From: Myxococcota bacterium
Lineage (GTDB): Bacteria > Myxococcota > UBA4151
Direction of reading: 5' to 3'
Length of the DNA: 20,070 nt
NCBI GenBank assembly: GCA_040260805.1
Contig: JBDQPD010000062.1
Coordinates: 1 to 20,070, forward strand
In this document: one piece after another, positions 7,711-17,217 of the stretch
Position numbering within the stretch: the stretch's first letter is position 1
How the letters are laid out: the number at the start of each line of letters is the position of its first letter
Made by a program: the position numbers and the translations under genes
Notes under the pieces: model-generated
Seen by the model: only the letters and a program-made list of their open reading frames with translations
What the model was told of the DNA's origin: nothing
Database searches by the model: none

Positions 7711-10700
7711 GTGACCGTGGACGGTAACCTGGATCATTCAGCGCTTAGTTTACCACTCAATCCGCTGGTTAAGTCCGGCGCTTTGAGCCCCGTTCAACGG
7801 GCACCTTTACTGGGCGGCGAGCCCTGGCGCATCGTCCAAGAGCATCATGTGGGTGATCAGCGCCTGATCAATCGAGCGTTGCAACGTGACGCCAGCCGCG
7901 GCGTTCAAGGCGTTCGACTGACTCTTGATGCGCCAGTGGACTGGTCGCTGCTTTGCGTTGGGCTGGATTTGAGCTCGATCAGCGTCTCGCTAAATTCTGA
8001 GGCGCCGCTTCAGGCGGTTCAGGGATTGCTCGATTGGACTGAAGGTCTAAAGATCGAAGGCTTACAGCTCGGCTTAGACCCAAGCGCTATGGAGCTCGCT
8101 GACGTCAGCGATTGGCTCGGGCGAATCGCCGAGCGCCCTCGTCTTCGTGCCCTGAGAATTACAGAGCAGCCCGGCGCAGGGTTGGTCGATACGCTGGCTC
8201 GAGCGCGTGATGCTTTTGAGCGTCTTCTCGATGACGGCGTCGACGCCGAGATGCTCGCTCACCACCTCAGCCTGGAGCTGCTCGCATCACCGCAGTTTTT
8301 GACGGACATCGCTCGTTTGCGTGCGGTGCGCCTGGTCTGGGCTGAGTTTTTGAGCGGTCACGGGGTCACTCAGCGCGCTCAAATCGTCGCACGTATGGAT
8401 CCTTCGATGCTCGACGCAGAGGATCCTTGGGGCAGTCACCTGCGCGTCACAGCCGCCACCTTTGGCGCAGTCTGCGGCGGCGCGGACGCGGTGATCTCTG
8501 GTGCCTTGTCGCTGCCGCCTGAGTACGACGCCGAGTTTGGCAAGCGTCTGGCGCGCAACGGTCAGTTGGTGCTGGCGCGAGAGGCTGAGCTCGCCCGAGT
8601 GAGTGACCCGGCTGGCGGAGCGTATTTCTTTGATGATTTGACGCTGCGACACGCCCACGCGCTGCGCTCGGCGTTGGGGCTTCCTGAAGCCTCTATTCAG
8701 CCCCCTGAAGCGGCGTCTCCTCAGCGGTTTGAAACCCCAGAAGGGATTACGCTTCAAAGCGCCTACGATGCGGTCGACTTGAGCGGCATACAGGGGCTCG
8801 ACAGCGGACCGGGTGAGTGGCCTTACCTGCGCGGCCCTTACCCGACCATGTACGTGCAGCGACCGTGGACAGTGCGTCAGTACGCTGGGTTCTCAACGGC
8901 CGAGGCGAGCAACGCGTTTTACCGGCGCAATCTAGCAGCCGGTCAAAAGGGGTTGAGCGTCGCCTTTGATCTCGCCACGCACCGTGGCTACGACTCCGAC
9001 CATGAGCGCGTCGTCGGTGACGTCGGGATGGCTGGCGTGGCGATCGATTCGATCGCCGACATGCGCGTCTTGTTTGAGGGAATCCCGCTCGACCAAATGA
9101 GCGTGTCGATGACCATGAACGGTGCGGTGTTGCCGATCATGGCGATGTATATCGTCGCCGCCGAAGAGCAGGGCGTTGCGCCAGAGCAGCTCGCAGGCAC
9201 TATTCAAAATGACATCCTCAAAGAGTTTATGGTGCGCAACACCTACATCTATCCGCCGACGCCTTCGATGCGCATCATCTCGGACATCTTTGAGTACACC
9301 TCGCAAAAGATGCCCAAGTACAACTCGATCTCGATCTCGGGCTACCACATGCAAGAGGCTGGCGCGTCGGCTGATCTCGAGCTCGCGTACACCCTGGCTG
9401 ATGGCTTAGAGTACGTGCGCTGCGGCGTCGCTGCGGGGCTCGATGTGGACGCCTTTGCGCCGCGTCTGAGCTTCTTCTTCGCTATCGGTATGGACTTCTT
9501 TATGGAGGTCGCCAAGCTGCGCGCTGCGCGCCGTTTATGGGCTGAGTTGATGGCTGAGTTTGAGCCGCAAAACCCGCGCAGTTCGTGCCTGCGAACGCAT
9601 TGCCAAACCAGCGGTTGGAGTCTGACCGCACAGGACGTGTACAACAATATTACGCGCACCTGCATCGAGGCGATGGCGGCGACCCAAGGTGGTACGCAAA
9701 GCCTCCACACCAACGCCTTGGACGAGGCCTTGGCTCTGCCGACCGATTTTAGCGCAGCGATCGCCCGAAACACGCAGCTTTTCTTACAAGATCAAACCGA
9801 CACCTGCGCGACCGTGGATCCGTGGGGCGGCTCTTATTTTGTTGAGAAATTGACCGACCAGCTGATCGAGCGCGCTCGTGAGCACCTTGAGGAGATCAAA
9901 GCCCTCGGCGGTATGGCAGCCGCGATTGACCAGGGCATCCCCAAGATGCGGATCGAAGAGGCTTCGGCGAAGACCCAAGCCCGCATTGATTCAGGTCATA
10001 AGACGGTGATCGGTGTGAATCGCTGGCCAGTGGGTAACGAGGCGCCGCTTGAGGTGCTCAAGGTGGACAATTCGGCGGTGCGTGAAGCGCAACTCAACCG
10101 TCTCGCTGCGCTTAAGTCCGAGCGCGACGAGGCGCGCACTCAAGAGTGCCTCTCGGCGCTCACGAGCGCAGCACAAACGGGTCAGGGCAATGTCTTAGCC
10201 TTAGCGGTTGATGCGGCGCGAGCCCTTGCGACGGTCGGCGAGATTTCTGATGCGCTTGAGCAGGTGTGGGGTCGCCATCAGGCGCAGACCCATGCCATCC
10301 GTGGTGTGTATCGAGGTGCGTTAGAGCATGAAGGAGCGGGTATGGAAGATGTGATTGAGCGCGTCGATCGCTTCGCTCAGCGGCAAGGCCGAAGGCCGCG
10401 CATCTTGCTGTCCAAAATGGGTCAAGATGGTCACGATCGCGGTCAAAAGGTGATCGCTACCGCTTTCGCCGACATGGGCTTTGACGTGGACATCGGTCCT
10501 TTGTTCGCAACGCCCGAAGAGTCGGCGCGCCAAGCGGTCGAAAACGATGTGCATATGGTCGGCGTCTCGTCCCTCGCTGCAGGGCATTTGACCCTCGTTC
10601 CTGCGCTCAAAGCAGCCCTCGCTGAGCACGGCCGAGGCGACATTTTGGTGGTGGTGGGTGGCGTCATTCCGCCTCAGGACTACGACGCCTTGAGGGCTGC

Positions 10701-10785
10701 CGGAGCGGCGGCGATCTTTGCGCCGGGGACCGTGCTCTCGGTCGCTGCCGTGGATCTGCTTGATCTCTTGGAACGTGGCGATTGA
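7711..10785 (+). CDS. scpA: AdoB12-dependent methylmalonyl-CoA mutase: N-terminal small-subunit-like region (~330 aa) fused to a complete large catalytic subunit
   Basis: From ~8728: [61 protein letters not shown] and the B12 motif GQDGHDRG. The N-terminal part has degenerate barrel motifs '[11 protein letters not shown]', 'LRVT...[10 protein letters not shown]' and '[21 protein letters not shown]'. The start may be GTG 7717, after GGAGG. Confidence 0.92.
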   Translation: MTVDGNLDHSALSLPLNPLVKSGALSPVQRAPLLGGEPWRIVQEHHVGDQRLINRALQRDASRGVQGVRLTLDAPVDWSLLCVGLDLSSISVSLNSEAPLQAVQGLLDWTEGLKIEGLQLGLDPSAMELADVSDWLGRIAERPRLRALRITEQPGAGLVDTLARARDAFERLLDDGVDAEMLAHHLSLELLASPQFLTDIARLRAVRLVWAEFLSGHGVTQRAQIVARMDPSMLDAEDPWGSHLRVTAATFGAVCGGADAVISGALSLPPEYDAEFGKRLARNGQLVLAREAELARVSDPAGGAYFFDDLTLRHAHALRSALGLPEASIQPPEAASPQRFETPEGITLQSAYDAVDLSGIQGLDSGPGEWPYLRGPYPTMYVQRPWTVRQYAGFSTAEASNAFYRRNLAAGQKGLSVAFDLATHRGYDSDHERVVGDVGMAGVAIDSIADMRVLFEGIPLDQMSVSMTMNGAVLPIMAMYIVAAEEQGVAPEQLAGTIQNDILKEFMVRNTYIYPPTPSMRIISDIFEYTSQKMPKYNSISISGYHMQEAGASADLELAYTLADGLEYVRCGVAAGLDVDAFAPRLSFFFAIGMDFFMEVAKLRAARRLWAELMAEFEPQNPRSSCLRTHCQTSGWSLTAQDVYNNITRTCIEAMAATQGGTQSLHTNALDEALALPTDFSAAIARNTQLFLQDQTDTCATVDPWGGSYFVEKLTDQLIERAREHLEEIKALGGMAAAIDQGIPKMRIEEASAKTQARIDSGHKTVIGVNRWPVGNEAPLEVLKVDNSAVREAQLNRLAALKSERDEARTQECLSALTSAAQTGQGNVLALAVDAARALATVGEISDALEQVWGRHQAQTHAIRGVYRGALEHEGAGMEDVIERVDRFAQRQGRRPRILLSKMGQDGHDRGQKVIATAFADMGFDVDIGPLFATPEESARQAVENDVHMVGVSSLAAGHLTLVPALKAALAEHGRGDILVVVGGVIPPQDYDALRAAGAAAIFAPGTVLSVAAVDLLDLLERGD

Positions 10786-11738
10786 ACACCGATGTTAACG
10801 CATTGTGCGACGGCGTGCTGGCTGGTCAACGCGCTGAGATCGGTCAGGCGATCACCTTGGTCGAGAGCCGTCAGTCAGATCATTTCCCAGCGGCGTCTGA
10901 GCTGCTGGCTTTGCTCGCACCCCACGCTGGAAAGGCGCAGCGCATTGGTCTGACCGGGGTGCCTGGCGTCGGCAAGTCCACCTTTATCGAGCGTTTTGGT
11001 CTGCATCTGATCGAGCAGGGTCATCGCGTCGCGGTGTTGGCGGTGGATCCTACGTCCAGCCGAACCGGGGGCTCGATCTTAGGTGATAAAACTCGAATGG
11101 AGCGTTTGAGCCGTCACGAGTCCGCCTTTATTCGTCCTTCGCCAGCCGGCACCACGCTAGGGGGTGTCGCCGCTCGCAGCCGAGAGGCGATGTTGATCTG
11201 CGAAGCCGCCGGTTTCGACGTGGTGATCGTTGAGACGGTGGGCGTGGGTCAGAGCGAGTGGGCGGTCTCACAGATGACGGACGTCTTTGTTTTGCTCTTG
11301 CTCGCCGGCGCCGGCGATGAGCTGCAAGGGATCAAACGCGGCATCATGGAGCTCGCTGATGTTGTGGTGATCAATAAAGCCGACGGTCCTGGCGAAGCAG
11401 CGGCGAAACGCGCCGTTCAGACCTTTAGCTCAGCGCTTCACATGTTGCACAGCCATGATGCGGTCTGGCTCCCGCGAGTCCACGCCGCCTCAGCGCTTAC
11501 TGGTGCTGGAATTGACGAGACCTGGAGCCTGATCGGCGAGCATCGAGCGGCGCTTCAAGCCGAGGGCTTAATCGAGGTACGTCGCGCCGATCAGCGGGTG
11601 CGCTGGATGTGGGACTCGGTAGAAGACCTGCTCGCTTCACGCTTGCGCGCCGAGCGCGAGTCTCAAGACCTAGAAGCGCAAGTTCGAGCCGGGACGGTGC
11701 CCCCCACCGCCGCCGCTCGTCAGCTGCTCGACGACTGA
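10782..11738 (+). CDS. meaB: Methylmalonyl-CoA mutase-associated GTPase MeaB (ArgK family)
   Basis: [50 protein letters not shown] and INKAD motifs. TTGA overlap with the mutase stop. Confidence 0.95.
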   Translation: MNTDVNALCDGVLAGQRAEIGQAITLVESRQSDHFPAASELLALLAPHAGKAQRIGLTGVPGVGKSTFIERFGLHLIEQGHRVAVLAVDPTSSRTGGSILGDKTRMERLSRHESAFIRPSPAGTTLGGVAARSREAMLICEAAGFDVVIVETVGVGQSEWAVSQMTDVFVLLLLAGAGDELQGIKRGIMELADVVVINKADGPGEAAAKRAVQTFSSALHMLHSHDAVWLPRVHAASALTGAGIDETWSLIGEHRAALQAEGLIEVRRADQRVRWMWDSVEDLLASRLRAERESQDLEAQVRAGTVPPTAAARQLLDD

Positions 11739-13388
11739 TCAGCCGCTCAGCGAAGCCACCAGTTTTCCACCCGCTAAAGGCTCCATAGCGAGGGCGCAGG
11801 TCAGCCCGCCAGCCATGGCGCCCATGACCCCGACCGCGCCGACTTCACAGCCCGCAAAGTAGAGGTTCTTGATCGGACTGTGGGCGCGTAAGTGATCGCA
11901 AGCATAGCGCGCAACGGTCGGTTCGATCCCGTAGATTGAGCCGCTCATTGGGCGTACGAAGTGCTCGGTGGTGATCGGCGTGCCGAGCTCGACAAAGTCG
12001 AGCATGGGCTCAAGCTCGGGCAGGTGCGTGAAGAACTGTTTGAGGAGCTGCTTGGTGAGCTGCGCCTTGAACTCTTGATACGCCTCATCGCGGTTGCGCC
12101 AGGGCTGATCGAGCCAGCGGGTGAAGATATCGTAGGGCACAAAGGTGACGATCTCGCCGGTGTTGTGCTGCTCAGGACCGCCATCATGATCAGGGTCTTT
12201 GAGCGAAGGAAAGCTGGTGTAGAGCACCGGGCAGTGTCCCGGTTTTTGGCCCGGCTCGATCTCCCAAAGACCCGCCTCAGTGTCCCAGACGTCGTAGAAC
12301 CACTTGTTCGCGGGTCCGGCGCCCGCCGCTCGAATATCGCCCTTGAACCCGAGGTATAAACACAGGTGCGCAGGGGCGGGGTTGAGTGCTTCGACCTCCT
12401 CGCACCATGCCCCCTTGCTCGACTCGGGCAACAAACGATTCGCGGTGCTCATGATTCCCGCCGCCGAGACGATCCGCTTGGCGTGATGCTCGGTGCCGTC
12501 TTTGAGGCGCACGCCGTAAGCGCTGTTCTTTTCGATTAAGATCTCGTCGACGTCGGCGCGAACAAGGGTCCACCCCCCGGCTTTAGCGACCTTACCTAAG
12601 AGCGCCTTGGCGATCTCTTTGGCGCCGCCGACGGGATAGAAAGCGCCGTGCATAAAATGCCTTGAGACCAGCGCCTGGACGGCAAAAGCGGCTCGGCTGG
12701 GCGGCGAGCCATGGTAACCCCACTGTCCGGTCAGCACCTTTTGAAGCTTGGTGTTGTCGGTGATCTCATCGAGCACTTCTTGGGCGGTTTTCTCAAAGCC
12801 TTCTTGAGCGTCTTTCCCCATACGTTTACCGAGCGCTTTGCCCAGGAAGTTGGGTTTAAGCGCTCTGGATTTGAGGTAGCCTTTCATGCCGCGCCCGACC
12901 ACTCGAACGCGCTCAAGGTAGGCGTCGATCGCCTCGACCTCATCGGGGAAGGCGTCGATCAGATTGGCTCGAAACGCAGCCGCGTTGTCGGGAAAGTCGA
13001 TGCGCAGGTCGGGGTAGTAAAATTCGTCGTAAACACCGCCTAGACTCGCCCATTTAAGCTCGTCGTCGGTGAGCGTGGTGAGCAAGCGCCCGAGCATCGC
13101 CTTGGCGTTGACCTCGCCGATGGCGTGCACCCCCACATCCCATTCGTAAGGGCCTCGTTTAAAGGCGTGAGTAAAACCACCGGGGACATAGTGCTGCTCG
13201 AGCACGAGCACCTTTTTGCCGAGCTCAGCGAGCATCGCCGCGGCGGTCATGCCGCCCATCCCAGAGCCGATGACGATCACATCAAAGGGGCCGTCTGGTC
13301 CGCCTTTTTTACTCCAGGGTTTTTCGCTTCGAGCCAAAGCATCCTCCAGGCCAGTTTGGTCAGTTTGAGCGCAACACCTTATCTGCAC
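11739..13388 (-). CDS. FAD/NAD(P)-dependent oxidoreductase, phytoene desaturase / retinol saturase (RetSat)-like; start codon uncertain
   Basis: DVIVIGSGMGG dinucleotide fold, 'LEQHYVPGGFTHAF', 'WDVGVH', 'FYPVGGA..IA', 'GTP.T..HF', 'GSIYG' and 'SPIKNLY' motifs. Confidence 0.85.
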   Translation of the reverse strand: MQIRCCAQTDQTGLEDALARSEKPWSKKGGPDGPFDVIVIGSGMGGMTAAAMLAELGKKVLVLEQHYVPGGFTHAFKRGPYEWDVGVHAIGEVNAKAMLGRLLTTLTDDELKWASLGGVYDEFYYPDLRIDFPDNAAAFRANLIDAFPDEVEAIDAYLERVRVVGRGMKGYLKSRALKPNFLGKALGKRMGKDAQEGFEKTAQEVLDEITDNTKLQKVLTGQWGYHGSPPSRAAFAVQALVSRHFMHGAFYPVGGAKEIAKALLGKVAKAGGWTLVRADVDEILIEKNSAYGVRLKDGTEHHAKRIVSAAGIMSTANRLLPESSKGAWCEEVEALNPAPAHLCLYLGFKGDIRAAGAGPANKWFYDVWDTEAGLWEIEPGQKPGHCPVLYTSFPSLKDPDHDGGPEQHNTGEIVTFVPYDIFTRWLDQPWRNRDEAYQEFKAQLTKQLLKQFFTHLPELEPMLDFVELGTPITTEHFVRPMSGSIYGIEPTVARYACDHLRAHSPIKNLYFAGCEVGAVGVMGAMAGGLTCALAMEPLAGGKLVASLSG

Positions 13389-13460
13389 AAGGGGTGACTT
13401 CTTGAGCCGTTTAGTGTCAGCCTACAACGAGTCAGTTCACCCTGATTTGAGGAGGGTTTC

Positions 13461-16421
13461 ATGCAGCGTCATCTGTGGATGGGTTTGGTGTTGATGGTCG
13501 CTTGCGGCGAACAGGTGGTCGTTCGTGACCAGCTCGCCTTATGCGGCAACGGCGTGGTCGATGTGGGCGAACAATGCGATGACGGCAACGAAGAAGCCGG
13601 CGACGCCTGCACCGACGGCTGCAAAACCCCTGAGTGCGGCGACGGTATTTTACGATCCGATCTGGCGCCCGGAGAAGAGGGCGCAGAAGCCTGCGACGAT
13701 GGCAACTCCGTTGATGAAGACGGCTGCTTGAACAGCTGCGTGATCGCCGCCTGCGGTGACGGCGTGGTGCGTACGGATTTAGCCGAGGGTGTGGCTGGCT
13801 TTGAGGTCTGCGATGACGGCAACGCGTCAGATAACGACGGCTGCTTAGCGACTTGCGCTCAAGCGCGCTGCGGCGACGGCATCACCCGTATGGATTTAAG
13901 CGAGGACGATTCAGGCTACGAAGCGTGCGATGACGGCAACGACGTGGACACCGACGCGTGCCTGAGCGACTGCCAAGCGGCGCGTTGCGGCGATGGAATT
14001 GTAGGCCCGAATGAAGGCTGCGATGACGGCAATGAGGACCCGACGGATGACTGCGCTCGCTGCGTCCCGGCGCGCTGCGGCGATGGCGTGGTGCAGCGCG
14101 ATGAGCTCTGCGATGACGGCAACGAGGTCGACGCCGACGCGTGCCTCAACACCTGCGCCCCCGCTCGCTGCGGCGACGCCGTTACCCGCGTCGATCTGGC
14201 TGAAGGCGAGCCTGGGTATGAGGCCTGCGATGACGGCAATATGGACCGAGCGGATGCCTGCACGAGCTCGTGCACGGTGGCGCTCTGCGGCGACGGTATT
14301 CGGCGCCAAGACCTGCAGCCCGAACAAGATGGTTATGAAGAATGCGACGACGGCAACGTCGCCTCGGGCGATGGCTGCTCCTCAGCCTGTGGGGTCGAGG
14401 TCTGCGGCAACGGTCGCTTGGACCAAGGCGAGGGCTGCGATGACGGCAACCGGAGCGATTTTGACACCTGCACCAACGGCTGCGCGCTGGCGCGCTGCGG
14501 CGACGGTATTGCGCGCACCGATCTGCAGCCGAACGAGCCAGGCTATGAAGCCTGCGATGACGGCGACGGCGACGAGACCGACTTTTGCTTGAGCACCTGC
14601 GTGGTGGCTCGCTGCGGTGACGGGCAGGTCTGGGAGGGTCGGGAAGCATGCGACGATGGCAACCAGGTCAACACGGACGCTTGCAGCAACGCATGCCGAG
14701 TACAGCGCTGCGGTGATGGCGTGGTGGTGCCCGGGCTCGAGGACTGTGATGATGGAAACCAGGTTCAGACTGATGGCTGCTTGAACGATTGCAGCGTAGC
14801 GTCCTGCGGTGACGGTCACGTCCACGCGGGGATCGAGGCCTGCGATGACGCCAACAACGTGCAAACCGACAGCTGCTTGAGTAATTGCCAGGCCGCCTCG
14901 TGCGGTGATGGTCACGTCCAGGCCGGGGTCGAAGCCTGCGATGACAACAACAACGTGCAGACCGATGGCTGCTTGAACAGCTGCCGCGTCGCGTCGTGCG
15001 GTGATGGTCACGTTCAAGCGGGCGTTGAGGTCTGCGATGACGCCAACAACGTGCAGACCGACGGCTGCTTGACCAATTGCCAAGCGGCGCGCTGCGGCGA
15101 TGGTCATATCCACGCGGGGGTCGAGGCCTGCGATGACGCGAACAACGTGCAAACCGATGGCTGCTTGACCAATTGCCAAGCGGCACGCTGCGGTGACGGT
15201 CAGGTTCAAGCTGGGGTAGAAGCCTGCGATGACGCCAACAACGTGCAAACCGATGGCTGCCTAAACAGCTGCCGCGCCGCGTCGTGCGGCGACGGTCACG
15301 TCCAAACCGGAGTAGAGGTTTGTGATGACGGCAACAACGCGCAGACCGACAACTGCTTGAACAATTGTACGGCGCCTTCATGCGGTGATGGTCATGTGCA
15401 AGCAGGCGTTGAAGCCTGCGATGACGCCAACAACGTGCAGACCGACGGCTGCTTGACCAATTGCCGAGCCGCGTCGTGCGGCGATGGTCACGTCCAAGCT
15501 GGGGTCGAAGCCTGCGATGACGCCAACAACGCACAGACCGACGGCTGCTTGATCAATTGCGTCGCCGCGTCATGCGGCGACGGTCACGTCCGCGCCGGCG
15601 TTGAAGCCTGCGATGACGGCAACCAAAATAACGAGGACGCGTGCGACAACAACTGCCGGCTCGCCAACTCAGGCGGGACCCGAGAGAGCGCAGGGGTTAG
15701 CTGTAAGGTGATCCGTCAAGAGCACCCGCAGCTAGGCTCCGGCTTGTTCTGGGTTGACCCCGACGGCGGCGACCGCGCCAACGCGCAGCAGCTCTACTGC
15801 GACATGGTCACCGACGGCGGTGGGTGGATGCTCCTCGCGAACCGCATGCCTTGGTCCGACAGCCTCGGTATGCGACACCTCGATCTGCGCTACGGTTTTC
15901 CCAACGGCGGCAGCCCAAACCCGAACCGAGCGACCAACTTTAATATCGACGTCAGGCCGTATTACCCGGCGGCGACACAGGTGGTGTTCGCAGCCGCTTT
16001 TAACGGCGCTCGCTGCGGGTCTTCAGACATTAGCTGCTACTCGGAGGCGCTCCGTGTCGACCTGAACAATGATCAGAACAAGGCTTACAGCGGCGCGTGC
16101 AACGGTGGATCCACGGGGCGCAGCAGCCGCAAGCTGCGCGGCGCCGGTTCGCAACAAACGCAGACGGCTTACCTCTGCGCAGACAGCCTAGGCTGGGGCA
16201 GCTGCGGCGGAATGGCCTGCCATTTAGGATCCCATCATCAATCGACATCAAGCGACGGCAGCTGGTCGCAGAACCGAACGGCTGAGCTGCATGTCCCCTC
16301 GAACCGGTCGAGCTATAAAGGGCACAGCTGGTGCCGGAGCTGCTACGGCGGGCGTAACGGGGTGTGCTGCAGTCAGTCTGAGCAAGGGACGAACCCTGTC
16401 TTTACCGTCTGGTTGCGCTGA
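13461..16421 (+). CDS. Predicted lipoprotein with 21 four-Cys repeats (DUF4215/Myxococcus cysteine-rich-repeat type) and a C-terminal fibrinogen-related (YCDxxxxGGGW) domain
   Basis: SD GAGGAGG; signal [15 protein letters not shown]; repeats CG[DN]G...E.CDDGN....D.C...C; then SCK.I....P...SG.FWVDPDG...[12 protein letters not shown], ending VFTVWLR. Confidence 0.88.
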   Translation: MQRHLWMGLVLMVACGEQVVVRDQLALCGNGVVDVGEQCDDGNEEAGDACTDGCKTPECGDGILRSDLAPGEEGAEACDDGNSVDEDGCLNSCVIAACGDGVVRTDLAEGVAGFEVCDDGNASDNDGCLATCAQARCGDGITRMDLSEDDSGYEACDDGNDVDTDACLSDCQAARCGDGIVGPNEGCDDGNEDPTDDCARCVPARCGDGVVQRDELCDDGNEVDADACLNTCAPARCGDAVTRVDLAEGEPGYEACDDGNMDRADACTSSCTVALCGDGIRRQDLQPEQDGYEECDDGNVASGDGCSSACGVEVCGNGRLDQGEGCDDGNRSDFDTCTNGCALARCGDGIARTDLQPNEPGYEACDDGDGDETDFCLSTCVVARCGDGQVWEGREACDDGNQVNTDACSNACRVQRCGDGVVVPGLEDCDDGNQVQTDGCLNDCSVASCGDGHVHAGIEACDDANNVQTDSCLSNCQAASCGDGHVQAGVEACDDNNNVQTDGCLNSCRVASCGDGHVQAGVEVCDDANNVQTDGCLTNCQAARCGDGHIHAGVEACDDANNVQTDGCLTNCQAARCGDGQVQAGVEACDDANNVQTDGCLNSCRAASCGDGHVQTGVEVCDDGNNAQTDNCLNNCTAPSCGDGHVQAGVEACDDANNVQTDGCLTNCRAASCGDGHVQAGVEACDDANNAQTDGCLINCVAASCGDGHVRAGVEACDDGNQNNEDACDNNCRLANSGGTRESAGVSCKVIRQEHPQLGSGLFWVDPDGGDRANAQQLYCDMVTDGGGWMLLANRMPWSDSLGMRHLDLRYGFPNGGSPNPNRATNFNIDVRPYYPAATQVVFAAAFNGARCGSSDISCYSEALRVDLNNDQNKAYSGACNGGSTGRSSRKLRGAGSQQTQTAYLCADSLGWGSCGGMACHLGSHHQSTSSDGSWSQNRTAELHVPSNRSSYKGHSWCRSCYGGRNGVCCSQSEQGTNPVFTVWLR
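14805..15668 (+). repeat. Nine near-identical 96-bp (32-aa) tandem repeats, consensus [32 protein letters not shown]
   Basis: Repeat starts fall at an exact 96-bp period from 14805 (14901 ... 15573), with high identity between units. Confidence 0.93.
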
Positions 16422-16435
16422 GTGGACATTGTTTA

Positions 16436-17122
16436 TTGACTGAAAAACCACCACAAAAAATAAGAAAACCGAAGTCATGGCCAAAGCGCTTGGTGTTGGC
16501 TTCTGGCGTTTTTCTTGGTCTGAGTTTTATGTTTCGTTTGTTGGCCGCTCGAGCGCAGGCTGCCTGTGAGCGCAGCTCAGGCCAATGCGCCGACGCCGGC
16601 TTCGCCTGGGAGGCGCTCGCCGGCGTCGCCTTCATCTTGGCGCTGGTGAGCTTTTGTTCGGGTTTATTAGCTTGGATATGGCGTGTCTTGGGTCGATTTG
16701 GTCGCTTGGCGCAGGTTATTTTTGCGCTGGGTTTGGTGGTGTTCGTCGCCATGTCCTACAACAACTTTCGCACCTTTGCTTTGCGCGCCAAGCACGGCGA
16801 AGCGATGCGGCACGTTGAGAAAATCCGTAAGGCGCAGGCCGATTACCACGCCAAGCATGGGGTGTATCGAGCGGCGAAGCGGGCGCCGCAGCCCGACGCG
16901 TCAGGGCGACTGATCTGGCCTGAAGAGCTCGCCAAAGGCTCGGGCTGGGCGGCGCTGGGCTGGCACCTTGTTGGCGTTAAATCCTGGTGTCAGTACGAGG
17001 TCGAGCTTGAAGGCGATGACTTTATCGCTCGAGCGCTCTGCGATGTGGATTACGATGGTGATTTTGGTGTCTTTGAGGGCCGCAAAGATCAGACGCCGCG
17101 GCGTATGACGCCGCACTACTAA
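16436..17122 (+). CDS. Three-TM membrane protein with a C-terminal type IV pilin-like domain
   Basis: Basic N-terminus, three hydrophobic segments, then NNFRTFALRAKHGEAMRHVEKIRKAQADYHAKHGVY, which resembles the deltaproteobacterial pilin alpha1-C helix, and 'LGW....WCQYEV.....F.A.A.CDVDYDG'. The TTG start is uncertain. Confidence 0.7.
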   Translation: MTEKPPQKIRKPKSWPKRLVLASGVFLGLSFMFRLLAARAQAACERSSGQCADAGFAWEALAGVAFILALVSFCSGLLAWIWRVLGRFGRLAQVIFALGLVVFVAMSYNNFRTFALRAKHGEAMRHVEKIRKAQADYHAKHGVYRAAKRAPQPDASGRLIWPEELAKGSGWAALGWHLVGVKSWCQYEVELEGDDFIARALCDVDYDGDFGVFEGRKDQTPRRMTPHY

Positions 17123-17217
17123 AACGGCTCAAATCTACACTGAACTAGGTCCCGTCTTGCGCTTCCGTACGCCCAACAGGCACCTTCGATCGTCACGTGA
17201 TTAAAGGTGTTCGTGTT

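Noticed and set aside
7711..10785. IcmF (isobutyryl-CoA mutase fused) suggested by the ~1000-aa length
   Set aside because: There is no internal GTPase domain, the B12 domain is C-terminal, the RQYAG Tyr is of the methylmalonyl type, and meaB is a separate gene.
13389..13460. Alternative pairings GGGTGA/TCACCC versus ACCCT/AGGGT as a riboswitch platform
   Set aside because: The helices are only 5-6 bp, in a 72-bp gap that probably holds two promoters, and no aptamer is recognisable.
15669..17217. Diversity-generating retroelement targeting the lectin-like tip
   Set aside because: There is no reverse transcriptase and no template/variable repeat pair with adenine-specific mismatches in the window.
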